This document shows positions 8,053 through 16,732 of a stretch of 64,000 bases of DNA, piece after piece. A program made the translations under genes and the position numbers. The notes beneath the pieces were generated by a model that was not told the DNA's origin, searched no databases, and worked only from the letters and a program-made list of their open reading frames with translations. Source of the stretch: a virus (taxonomy: Duplodnaviria > Caudoviricetes); the IMG/VR virus record IMGVR_UViG_3300048851_000184, positions 8,388 through 72,387 of that record; one strand, 5' to 3'. Position 1 is the first letter of the stretch, and each line of letters starts with the position of its first letter.

Positions 8053-10644
8053 ATGGCGAAAGCTCTTCGGACGGCGGCGTTCGTCGTCGGCGCTGTCGCG
8101 CTTGCTGCAACTGGCGTCGGTGCGGCTGTGTCGCTAGGCGCCCTTGCCGCCAGCGCTACCACTGCCACGATCGCGACTGTCGCCACGGTGGCGCAGGTCA
8201 GTGCGGCCGCGCTCTCGATCGCGTCGGCCGCCGCCACGCCGAAGGGCTCGCTTGGCGGCAACCCGACCGAGTTCACGATCGATAAGGAATCCGGGCTGCC
8301 GTACGCGATCGGGCGGACCTATTCGGCGGGCAAGGTCGTGCACCGCCAGTATTACGGGTCGAAGAACAGCCTGGAGAGCTGGGTCGCCGTCCATAGCATC
8401 GGCCCGATCAAGAGCCTCGGCCCGTTTCAGGTCGAGAAGGCTACCGTCAGCTTCTCCAATCGCGCAGCTCTCGGCACGTATGCCGGGTATATGTGGCTGG
8501 ACCAGCAGCTGGGCGCATGCCCCGAAAGCCGGGCCCTGCAAGGTCCGCAGGGGAATTTCCCCGGCTGGACCGCGGCGTCGAAGCTGTCCGGGCTCGCCGC
8601 GGATCTCTGGACGTTGAAGTTCGACACCAAGGGCAAGAAGTATCCCAACGGCGTGCCAGAGCGCGGCCGCATCCTGGAAGGGGTGTTCGTCTACGATCCC
8701 CGCCTCGATAGCACCTATCCGGGCGGTGCGGGCGCCTGCCGGCTGGGGCAGGAGGCGACCTACGTCTACAGCGAGAACCCGGCACTGCACGCACTCACCT
8801 GGGCCTTCGGTCGCGTGCAGAATGGCGTCCTGATCGCTGGCGGCGGCATGAAGCTGGTCGGCATTGACCTGCCGCCATTCGTCGAGTGGGCGAACGTCTG
8901 CGAGGCGAACAACTGGAAGGTCGGCGGCGTCGTCTACACGAGCGCCGACAACGGCTGGGACATCCTGAAGATGATCTGCCAGGCGGGCGGCGGCGAGCCG
9001 ATGCCGGTCGGCGGCCAGCTGTCGGTGACCTTCAATGCTCCGCGGGTGTCGATCGGCACGATCACCAGCGCCGACATTACCATCAGCGACGTCGACGTGC
9101 CCGGGACCGCCTCGCGCCGCGCGCGCCGCAACACCGTGATCCCGAAGGTGCGGCTGGAGAGCCACGGCTGGCAGATGGTGCCGCTGAACGCGATCGCGAT
9201 CCCCGACTATGTCGCCGTCGATGGCGGCAGCAGGCCGAGGGAGATCGAGTTTCCGCTGGTTCAGCAGGTCGACCAGGGCGCGCAGCTGGGCCTTTATGAG
9301 ATCCTGAATGGCCGGGAGCTGGAGGGCATTCTTCTTCCCTGCAAGGCGACGATGATCGGGTACCGGCCGGGCGATTGCCTGACGGTGGACATCCCGGAGG
9401 CGGCGCTGGTCGGTCGTGACGTGGTGGTGCGCACGCGGGAGATCGACATGGGAACGGTCGGCGTGACCTTCACCTGCCGATCCGAGACCGCATCAAAGCA
9501 CAGCTTCGCGCTCGGCAAGGGCGGCACGGCACCGCCGACGCCGGACCTGTCGATCCCGACCGTGGACCTAAGCGCGCCGGATGCCGCCGACTGGACGGCC
9601 AATGGGGCGGTGCTGAGCGCCAACGGCGTTTCCTTCCCCGCGGTGATCGTCACCGGCGCGACCGACGACCGGCCTATGGCGGGCGTGCTGTTCGAATACC
9701 GGCCCTATGTCGCCGGTACGGATCCGGAAGCCGGCTGGAGCGGCGGCGGCATCGACGGGCCGGGGATCACCCGCAAGGAGATCACTAGCGTCCGGTCCGA
9801 CACGCAGTATGAGGTCGCGGTGCGCTACATGGTGGCCGGCACCTACAGCGAGCGCCTGGTGTTGGACCCCGTCACGGCCGGCGTGTTCAGCGCCGCCGGC
9901 GGCACCCAGGCCGCCATCGCGACGTCGTTCCCGATCGGCCTGGCGATTGCCGCCGCCGATACTGGTGTGGTGACGATCAGCGCCCACACCCGCCGCTATA
10001 CCGACGGCCATCCGGACGTGGCGGTCGCCGGCGCCGCGATCGAGACGGGCCTGGCTCCGGGCGCGTTCCGGGCCATCGGGTACGACGACGAGGAGCGCAC
10101 GGGCGGCGCGGTGGCGTACCAGCTGTTCGAGGACGACATCGATGCCCGCGCGGCGCCGGATCACCCGGGCCGGCACTACCTGGGCTACGCGATCATTCCG
10201 ACTGCCGGCAGCCCGCCGTCGAACGGGGGCGGGGCCACGCCGCCGGGTGGGCAGTGCGTGACGGTCGACACGCCGATCCTGATGGCGGACGGCACCGAGA
10301 AGCCGGCGGGCGAGATCGACGCCGGCGATCGCGTCCGCACTCGGCACGAACTTCGGCTGAACGAGACGGCCGGGGGCTGGGGCATCTTCTCGGTCGAAGC
10401 CATCGAGATCGCGGACAGCGAGGATGTCTGGCAGGTGACGATCGACGGCCGCGAACTGCGCGCCACCGGCGACCACCTCATCTACACCGGCGCCTGGGTG
10501 AAGATGCGCGACGTGGGCGGGCAAATTCCGGGCTCACACCGGATCGTCAAGATGACCGTGACCGATGCCCACACCTACGTCTCCAACGGCATCCTCTCGC
10601 ACAACATCAAGATGAACCAGCCGGAACAGCCGAGCCAGGTCTGA
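8053..10644 (+). CDS. Central tail/host-specificity protein (gpJ-like) with C-terminal Hint domain
   Basis: 863 aa; hydrophobic Ala-rich N-terminus, YDPRLDSTY and ENPALH motifs, FN3-like segment, terminal Hint. Confidence 0.88.
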   Translation: MAKALRTAAFVVGAVALAATGVGAAVSLGALAASATTATIATVATVAQVSAAALSIASAAATPKGSLGGNPTEFTIDKESGLPYAIGRTYSAGKVVHRQYYGSKNSLESWVAVHSIGPIKSLGPFQVEKATVSFSNRAALGTYAGYMWLDQQLGACPESRALQGPQGNFPGWTAASKLSGLAADLWTLKFDTKGKKYPNGVPERGRILEGVFVYDPRLDSTYPGGAGACRLGQEATYVYSENPALHALTWAFGRVQNGVLIAGGGMKLVGIDLPPFVEWANVCEANNWKVGGVVYTSADNGWDILKMICQAGGGEPMPVGGQLSVTFNAPRVSIGTITSADITISDVDVPGTASRRARRNTVIPKVRLESHGWQMVPLNAIAIPDYVAVDGGSRPREIEFPLVQQVDQGAQLGLYEILNGRELEGILLPCKATMIGYRPGDCLTVDIPEAALVGRDVVVRTREIDMGTVGVTFTCRSETASKHSFALGKGGTAPPTPDLSIPTVDLSAPDAADWTANGAVLSANGVSFPAVIVTGATDDRPMAGVLFEYRPYVAGTDPEAGWSGGGIDGPGITRKEITSVRSDTQYEVAVRYMVAGTYSERLVLDPVTAGVFSAAGGTQAAIATSFPIGLAIAAADTGVVTISAHTRRYTDGHPDVAVAGAAIETGLAPGAFRAIGYDDEERTGGAVAYQLFEDDIDARAAPDHPGRHYLGYAIIPTAGSPPSNGGGATPPGGQCVTVDTPILMADGTEKPAGEIDAGDRVRTRHELRLNETAGGWGIFSVEAIEIADSEDVWQVTIDGRELRATGDHLIYTGAWVKMRDVGGQIPGSHRIVKMTVTDAHTYVSNGILSHNIKMNQPEQPSQV
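10255..10605 (+). other. Hint (intein-like) domain, 117 aa
   Basis: Begins CVTVDTPILMADG, has block-B TGDH, ends TYVSNGILSHN. Confidence 0.88.
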
Positions 10645-10685
10645 GGCGCGCCGAGCCCAACGCTTCGATACAAAGGGAACCGCAT

Positions 10686-13622
10686 ATGGCGACTGACGCA
10701 CGCTGGGACATGGCGTTCCGGCGCAACAATGTGCGCACGTTCACGATCCGTCTTGTCGGCAAGGATATGACCGGCAAGACGATGCGCCAGCAGGTGCGTC
10801 TGGCGCCGGACACGCCCGGAGCGCCCGTGATCGCACTGGAGACTGTGACCTCGGCGACCGCGGAGGGCCTGCGCCTGGCGAAGGTGGAGGTGGTCGACGG
10901 CGTGCCCGTCAGCACCATCGTCGGCCGCTACAATCTCACGACCATGCGCGACAAGCTGCCCTACGGCGGCGAGGTCGGCGACGACTATCCCATGGTCCAC
11001 GAGATCGAGCTCGACGGCGTCACCCGTTTCTTCGGGCGCTGGACCGCGCGCGGCACCGTCATGGACAGCGAAGGCGCGCCGCTGCAGCGTGAGCCGCTCG
11101 CCGGGCGGGGTGCACGTAGCGCCGCGACGTCGGAGACAGTGCAGCTGGCCGCGAGCATCGCCGACGGCGAAGTTCTTGAGGTGGTGATCGATGGAGCGCC
11201 TGAGCTGGGGGCGCTGACTGCGCAAGCCGCCGCCGCCGCTCAGGAAGCGAAGGCAGCGGCCGCTTCCGTCAACGGCATCACGCAGTCGAATTCCGCCAAC
11301 CTGCTCGACCCAGCCACGATGGTGGTCAGCGGCAAGTATGTCGGGTCAAGCAACGTCATCAACAACGACGCCGCATGGGCGTACGCGAAGATCCCGCTGC
11401 CTGCTGACGCGACCAGTATTGCGCTCGCGTCGAATACCGAACGACGCTCTGGTTCGACCTTTCTGGATGCGAACAGCCAACCCCTCAGCGGCGGCTATCA
11501 GGCAACTGCTGGCGCCGCGGGGACGAGTTACGCCCGCTCCGTTCCGGCCGGAGCCGCGTTCCTCGCGCTGAACGTCAAGTCGAACGCGATCGCGCAGCCG
11601 ACCCAAATCATAGTCAACGTCGGCACGACGGCGCTCGCGTATCAGCCCTACGCCCCGGTGACGCGGCTCGCCGAGGGTGCCTTACCGACCACGACGGCGG
11701 ACCTACAGCAAGCGCTGCTGGCCGACGTGCTCACGAAAGTGTCCGCCAGCCCCAACCGCTACGACCCTGCATCCATGCGGGTCGAGGGCAGCTATATCAC
11801 CAATACTGGCGTATTCTCGGGCAGCTCGACTTGGGCGCGTGCCATGGTTCCGGTCAAAGCTGGTGACGTGATAACGATCAACGCCAACGCCACAAAAAGG
11901 CAAGGTGCGGCGTTCTATACGGGTGTCACGTCGGACACTCTTGTCGCAGGCAGCGTGGACAATACCGCGACTTTGCCACTGACCCTGACCGCTCCCGCAG
12001 ACGGCTATCTCGGCTTCAACGTCCGCAGCAACCTCATCGCTGAACCTTCGCAGATCATGGTCAACAGCGGCGTGCAGGCGCTGCCGTATCAGCCGTACTC
12101 GACCGCGAAACGCCTGGTTGTGCGGCAGGATGCAGTGCAGGGCGGCGGCAGCACACCGGCGCCAACGCCGGTCACGGGCAGCGGGGCTAAGGCGGTGCTG
12201 GCCGCGACCGGTGCGGGCTATGTGGAGGCAACGCACGAAGGCCGCACCTTCCGGCGCAACTTCCAGCTGGCATCTACGCCGACGCTCGCTGCCCCTGGCC
12301 TGTTCAACTTCACCTCTGACCAGGTCGATGGCGTCACGCTGCGCGTCTGCTCCGACGACATCGCGCCCTATCGCGTGTTCAGTCCGGTTCGAACCGTCGG
12401 CGCCAACCATGGCTACGCTCAGACGCCGATGACGGTCAGCGGCGGCCATCCCAAGACGGTTGCGGACATCGGGCAGCGGGTGAGCCTGGGTGGCGTCGAA
12501 TACATGATCGTCGGCGTGCCAAGCTCCACGGTCCTGAACCTGTCGCCGAACAGCGACAGCAACGACACGGTGCCCTCGGGCACCTTCACCTATGTAGGCG
12601 GCGGCTCGAACGCGAGCGGCTTCAGCGCAACCGCCGGCACCCCGAAGGACATGTACCCGCCCTACCAGAACCGGCAGTCGCGGGTCATAGCGGATGGAGC
12701 GCCAGTACCGGTCAGCAATGCGGAGTACCGCCTGACGCGCGGGCTGACCGTGGCCGAAAGCTATGACGTGCTGCCGAAGTCCGAGGTCATGGCGTGGATC
12801 GGCGCGAACGGCGCAGGCGGCAACCTGGCGATTTCCGGCCGAGACCCATCTTTCTCCGTGTCGAACGCCTATGAGTTCGACGCCCGGGCGAACGTGACGA
12901 CCTATTCAGACTTCGTCGCACTCAAGGCCATGGCGCTGCAAGACATCATGTTCGTGCAGGCGGCCAAGGCCACCGATGGGATAGACGGCACGATCAGCTA
13001 CTTCATCGCAAACACCCTGCCGATCACCCACCCGTCGAACGGCGTCACCTACAACTTCGCCATGATCGCGGTGCCGGATACCTCGGCATGGAACGGCGTC
13101 CGGCTCAACGTGACTCCGGACCGCACGGCCGCCGGGTATCCGGACAGCGTTGTCATGCTCGGCAACACGATCGGCTTCGCGGTCGGCTATCTACCGGTGG
13201 GCGACACGACGCAGGCGGCCCGGGTCGCGAATGCGACGGTCAAATACCTGCAGATCAACGATCAGGGGCCGGCGAAGGTGTACCTGTCGGCGATTGACAA
13301 GGGGCCGCAGACCCTCGCTCGCGGCGATAGCTTCTCGACGGTCAGCTACCGGGCGTTCTTTGTCCGAGACCCGAAGCGCACGCTGCAGTACCCGGTGTTT
13401 ACGCGCGGGGCCGACTACTTCCGGGTCGCCTGGCACAACACTGCGCTGCTCGACCGAGTGCCAGTCCCCGCCGAGTTCGCAGGGCGCCCCTTCGAAGTCG
13501 TCCGCACCGCAGGCTCCGGCACCGTAGCCGTGAAGTCCAAGGTGATCACCGACTCCATCCTGTTCGATGTGTCTGCGGCCGGCTTCTACGCCGACATTTG
13601 GCTGAAGATTGCGCACTCCTGA
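10686..13622 (+). CDS. Side tail fibre/receptor-binding protein (978 aa)
   Basis: ATG 10686 after aaaggga RBS; N-terminal adaptor, Ala coil, two ~120 aa repeats ending PYQPY, beta-rich C-terminus; homolog at 56151. Confidence 0.8.
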   Translation: MATDARWDMAFRRNNVRTFTIRLVGKDMTGKTMRQQVRLAPDTPGAPVIALETVTSATAEGLRLAKVEVVDGVPVSTIVGRYNLTTMRDKLPYGGEVGDDYPMVHEIELDGVTRFFGRWTARGTVMDSEGAPLQREPLAGRGARSAATSETVQLAASIADGEVLEVVIDGAPELGALTAQAAAAAQEAKAAAASVNGITQSNSANLLDPATMVVSGKYVGSSNVINNDAAWAYAKIPLPADATSIALASNTERRSGSTFLDANSQPLSGGYQATAGAAGTSYARSVPAGAAFLALNVKSNAIAQPTQIIVNVGTTALAYQPYAPVTRLAEGALPTTTADLQQALLADVLTKVSASPNRYDPASMRVEGSYITNTGVFSGSSTWARAMVPVKAGDVITINANATKRQGAAFYTGVTSDTLVAGSVDNTATLPLTLTAPADGYLGFNVRSNLIAEPSQIMVNSGVQALPYQPYSTAKRLVVRQDAVQGGGSTPAPTPVTGSGAKAVLAATGAGYVEATHEGRTFRRNFQLASTPTLAAPGLFNFTSDQVDGVTLRVCSDDIAPYRVFSPVRTVGANHGYAQTPMTVSGGHPKTVADIGQRVSLGGVEYMIVGVPSSTVLNLSPNSDSNDTVPSGTFTYVGGGSNASGFSATAGTPKDMYPPYQNRQSRVIADGAPVPVSNAEYRLTRGLTVAESYDVLPKSEVMAWIGANGAGGNLAISGRDPSFSVSNAYEFDARANVTTYSDFVALKAMALQDIMFVQAAKATDGIDGTISYFIANTLPITHPSNGVTYNFAMIAVPDTSAWNGVRLNVTPDRTAAGYPDSVVMLGNTIGFAVGYLPVGDTTQAARVANATVKYLQINDQGPAKVYLSAIDKGPQTLARGDSFSTVSYRAFFVRDPKRTLQYPVFTRGADYFRVAWHNTALLDRVPVPAEFAGRPFEVVRTAGSGTVAVKSKVITDSILFDVSAAGFYADIWLKIAHS

Positions 13623-13679
13623 GGCGCAGGCACCCACACGTTCGCGACGCCCGGCGCGCTCCGGGCAGGGAGACCTCCC

Positions 13680-14126
13680 ATGAACCCACTCTGGGGAATG
13701 TTCGCGGTGCTGGTCGGCACCTTCCTGCCCCTATCCCTGACGCTCAGGGCGGCTGCGCAGGTGTTCCACGATCAGCACTATGGGCTGTGGCACCCGGTCA
13801 ACGTCTACCGCTGGATCAAGATCGCGCTGATCGTGCCCGTGCTGGCGCTGATCAGTCCGGCCGGCGTGTACCTGATGTTCGGCCTCGGCGACGCCGACAT
13901 GACCGAGCGGATCGTCACCTTCCTCGCCTCGGCGCGCGGAGTGATCCTGGTGCTGGGTCTCCTGATTGCCGCCTTCATCGTCGACAAGGAGCGGCCGCGC
14001 ATGATCGACCACCTGACGCGGCAGCCGACCTCGCGCGAGCACCGAACCCGGATCCAGTTCCGCCACGACACCATGATCGTGCTCATCATTCTGGGGCTCG
14101 CCCTGATCTCGGCCCCGTTTGTCTGA
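13680..14126 (+). CDS. Multi-pass membrane protein of lysis cassette
   Basis: 148 aa with about four hydrophobic segments; same protein sequence at 59149. Confidence 0.7.
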   Translation: MNPLWGMFAVLVGTFLPLSLTLRAAAQVFHDQHYGLWHPVNVYRWIKIALIVPVLALISPAGVYLMFGLGDADMTERIVTFLASARGVILVLGLLIAAFIVDKERPRMIDHLTRQPTSREHRTRIQFRHDTMIVLIILGLALISAPFV

Positions 14127-14491
14127 TGGCCGGACAGAACGTGGTCGCTGCGGCCGTGGGGCCGGCCGCAGTCGCACTGCTTGGCCTCAACATCCCGATC
14201 GTGCCGGCGCTGTTCGGCGTCGCTGGCGTCGTGCTGGGCCGCTACATCGCGCAGTCGGTGCGTCGTGAAGGGGAGGAGCGGGTCACCAGTCGCGCGAACC
14301 TGGCGGTGACGATGCTGTTCGCGCTGGGCATGATCGCCGTCGCGTCCGAGCGCGAGCTCACGCCTTTCCGAGCCCTGGGCGTGGGTGCGTCGGCCGGCTT
14401 CCTCGGGCTCGGCCTTCTCGAATTCGTCGCCTCGCAGTTCTCTGAGCGAGTGCGCGGCGCGATCGACGGCTTCTTCAACCCGCGGAAGTGA
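14126..14491 (+). CDS. Putative holin
   Basis: 121 aa, about three TM segments, basic C-terminus, upstream of endolysin; copy at 59595. Confidence 0.7.
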   Translation: MAGQNVVAAAVGPAAVALLGLNIPIVPALFGVAGVVLGRYIAQSVRREGEERVTSRANLAVTMLFALGMIAVASERELTPFRALGVGASAGFLGLGLLEFVASQFSERVRGAIDGFFNPRK

Positions 14492-14519
14492 CGGGGCCGC
14501 AGAACTCCTGCGGCGGCCG

Positions 14520-14726
14520 TTATCCCTGCAACTCTGGCGACGTCGACGGGCGGCCGTCGGGCGCGCCCTCGGCGCCTCCCATTGTCTCATCCCAGATCTG
14601 CTGTTGAAGCTCTAGCCGCTGCTGCCGCGCTTCGCGCCGCCTGCGACGTTCCGCACGCTTCATTGCTCGGCGGATGAAGATTGCGACAAAGGTTATGAGC
14701 GCCAGGGCCGCGACGAGCTTCAGCAT
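14520..14726 (-). CDS. Small single-pass membrane protein (68 aa), paralog of 16057-16275
   Basis: N-terminal TM, Arg-rich stretch, QQIWDE motif; acaggtg upstream. Confidence 0.7.
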   Translation of the reverse strand: MLKLVAALALITFVAIFIRRAMKRAERRRRREARQQRLELQQQIWDETMGGAEGAPDGRPSTSPELQG

Positions 14727-14983
14727 TCGACACCTGTTTGCGTCCGGCGCACGTCATTGTGCGCTGCAACATCGGGCATGCTGCCTGCCTTAAGGACGGT
14801 CAACGAGGCGCGGATCGCGACGCGCCCGATGGGTCCCAGAATAGGACAGACGGGCCGCCCCGGCTCTGTCCTGCCTGACGGGGGCCGGGGCGGGAGCGTG
14901 GTTGGGGTTCCGCGCTCCCCGCCGGCCTGAGGGCGGCAAGTTTCGCGACAATTTCCACCCGGTTACATTTGAAAGGAAGAAGC

Positions 14984-15493
14984 ATGGCAACGGCAACTCC
15001 GCCGTGGCTTGAGGCTGCGCGCGCGCTGAACGGCACGCGCGAGGCGGCAGGCTCGGCAAACAATCCGACGATCCTCGGTTGGGCCAAGCGGTTGGGCGCG
15101 AAGGTGCTCGGCATGGCCTACAACGCCGACAGCGTGCCCTGGTGCGGGCTGTTCGTCGCACACTGCATGAAGGAGGCGGGGATCGTGCCGGCGCCGATCG
15201 CGGTCCGCGCCTCGGCCTGGTCGACCTGGGGCGTGCGCCTCCGACCGGAGAGGCTGGCGCCGGGTGCGGTGCTCGTGTTCTCGCGCTCCGGCGGCGGGCA
15301 CGTCGGCTTCTACGTCGGAGAGGACACGGCGGCTTATCACGTCCTGGGTGGCAACCAGGGCGATCGCGTCTCGATCATGCGGATCGCGAAGGACCGGCTG
15401 GTCGCATCACGCTGGCCGACCGGCGTGCCTGTGGCCGACGGGCCGGTGCAGATGTCCCTGGCGAGCGTGCCGCTGTCGAGGAACGAAGCGTGA
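14984..15493 (+). CDS. Endolysin, NlpC/P60/CHAP-like (TIGR02594-type)
   Basis: DSVPWCGLFV catalytic Cys, GGGHVGFY His and VLGGNQ motifs. Confidence 0.88.
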   Translation: MATATPPWLEAARALNGTREAAGSANNPTILGWAKRLGAKVLGMAYNADSVPWCGLFVAHCMKEAGIVPAPIAVRASAWSTWGVRLRPERLAPGAVLVFSRSGGGHVGFYVGEDTAAYHVLGGNQGDRVSIMRIAKDRLVASRWPTGVPVADGPVQMSLASVPLSRNEA

Positions 15494-15936
15494 GCTGGGC
15501 GGCGGCCGGAGCGCTGCTGCGCCGGTTTTGGTGGGCGCTGCCGATGCTGGTGCTGGCGGTCGCTCTATTCGCCACCCGCGCGACCTTGGCCGATCGCACC
15601 GCGACCTTGCGCGCGGAGCGATCGGCCTGGACCTCTGCGTTAGACCAGGGGGAGAAGGTCCGTCTTGAGGCCGAACGCCGCTTCGCTAGCAACCTCGCTC
15701 AGGCAGCCACCAACTATGCCGACGGCCTGGCCGCGCGTCAGCCGATCATCGTCCGATCCACCAACACTGTGAGGGAATATGCGCAGACTGATGCTGGGCG
15801 CGTGCTGTGCCGCGATGCTGACCGGGTGCGCGCAGTCGACGCGCTCGATGCCGAGCTTGCCCAAGCTGCCGGATCCGCCGTCGGCCGCGCTGGAGCCGTG
15901 CACGCCGACCCCTCAGCGCCGGCAGGCGGACAGTAG
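15490..15936 (+). CDS. Inner-membrane spanin (Rz-like)
   Basis: N-terminal TM then helical periplasmic domain; overlaps endolysin stop. Confidence 0.8.
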   Translation: MSWAAAGALLRRFWWALPMLVLAVALFATRATLADRTATLRAERSAWTSALDQGEKVRLEAERRFASNLAQAATNYADGLAARQPIIVRSTNTVREYAQTDAGRVLCRDADRVRAVDALDAELAQAAGSAVGRAGAVHADPSAPAGGQ

Positions 15937-16039
15937 TGCTACTGCCGCCGACGACGACGGGACGATTCGTGACGGGCGGTTCGATCTAGCGGCGTGCGAG
16001 GCGAAGCGGCGGTTGCTGGTGGAGGGGTGGCCGCGTTAA
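15779..16039 (+). CDS. Outer-membrane lipoprotein spanin (Rz1-like)
   Basis: Lipobox LTGC, Pro-rich, overlaps the Rz-like gene in another frame. Confidence 0.85.
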   Translation: MRRLMLGACCAAMLTGCAQSTRSMPSLPKLPDPPSAALEPCTPTPQRRQADSSATAADDDGTIRDGRFDLAACEAKRRLLVEGWPR

Positions 16040-16056
16040 CAACTGCGCCCGGATCA

Positions 16057-16275
16057 TTACGGAACGCGTTTTTGTCCTGACGGTGGAAGTGAAGCGGTAG
16101 GGGCGGCCTGGTCATCCCGCTGCCTGCTCATCGCCTCATCCCACTCCTGCTGTTCGGTCTCTTGCCGTAGTTGGCGAGCTTCATGGCGCTTCCGACCTTC
16201 AGCACGTTTCATCTGCCGCCGCACGAACACGACGATCAAGGCAAGGACGGCAAGAGCAACGATGAGCTTCAACAT
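16057..16275 (-). CDS. Small single-pass membrane protein (72 aa), paralog of 14520-14726
   Basis: MLKLIVALAVLALIVVFVRRQMKRAE..QQEWDE; acaggtg upstream. Confidence 0.7.
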   Translation of the reverse strand: MLKLIVALAVLALIVVFVRRQMKRAEGRKRHEARQLRQETEQQEWDEAMSRQRDDQAAPTASLPPSGQKRVP

Positions 16276-16539
16276 CAGTATCACCTGTACGCTTAGGGGC
16301 GGGCCGAATTTGCGCTGCGGCTTGAACCACCTGGCTTACGGGTTGATCCGCAGTGCCGCTGATGGCCGGGGTGGCGGCGGTGAAGCGGTAGGGGAAAAGC
16401 CCGCCTGCACGAACGGGGGGCTGGTGCAGACGGGCAGTACGGGGAACTGCTCGCTTCCGGTTGCGCGCTATCATCAACGGGCCGCTCTAACGCTAAGTTC
16501 CGCCCCGGCGCGCGCATCTGCCGCCCGCTCTGGACGAGC

Positions 16540-16719
16540 CTAGCTTCCCTGCTCGGACTCGCCGGGTCTTTCGGCTTCTGCCGCGTCTATGGCTTTGAGG
16601 AGGTCATCAAAGCAGGACACATCCTCCACCGGATATGCGCGCTTGAATCCAGCGCCTAGAGCTTCCAGGTCGCGCTGGGACAGCAGCCCGACGGCTATGA
16701 TGTGATTTGAGGGTTCCAT
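16540..16719 (-). CDS. 59 aa protein, possible NepR-like domain
   Basis: Hand-translated MEPSNHIIAVGLLSQRDLEALGAGFKRAYPVEDVSCFDDLLKAIDAAEAERPGESEQGS; below the ORF-track cutoff. Confidence 0.6.
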   Translation of the reverse strand: MEPSNHIIAVGLLSQRDLEALGAGFKRAYPVEDVSCFDDLLKAIDAAEAERPGESEQGS

Positions 16720-16732
16720 TGCCGCTATCCTG

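Larger units (their letters stand above)
1..16039 (+). repeat. Long diverged direct repeat of 45377-61228 (tail plus lysis modules of the two prophages)
   Basis: Gene-by-gene colinearity (42 vs 45418, 689 vs 46065, 1147 vs 46523) with near-identical proteins in the ORF track. Confidence 0.97.

Noticed and set aside
10254-10685. Open -1 frame across the Hint region that could fuse J to the tail fibre (ORF track 10254-13622)
   Set aside because: Frame relation is not conserved: the J-stop-to-fibre-ATG gap is 41 nt in A and 42 nt in B. No slippery site was seen and there is a good RBS at 10686.
10686-13622. Diversity-generating retroelement or invertase-driven tail-fibre switching
   Set aside because: No reverse transcriptase, no adenine-specific template/variable repeat pair, and no invertase or inverted crossover sites in the window.
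1-16039. Duplicate tail module as an assembly artefact
   Set aside because: The copies differ by many synonymous changes, indels and non-homologous gene swaps, and each ends in its own att and accessory context.
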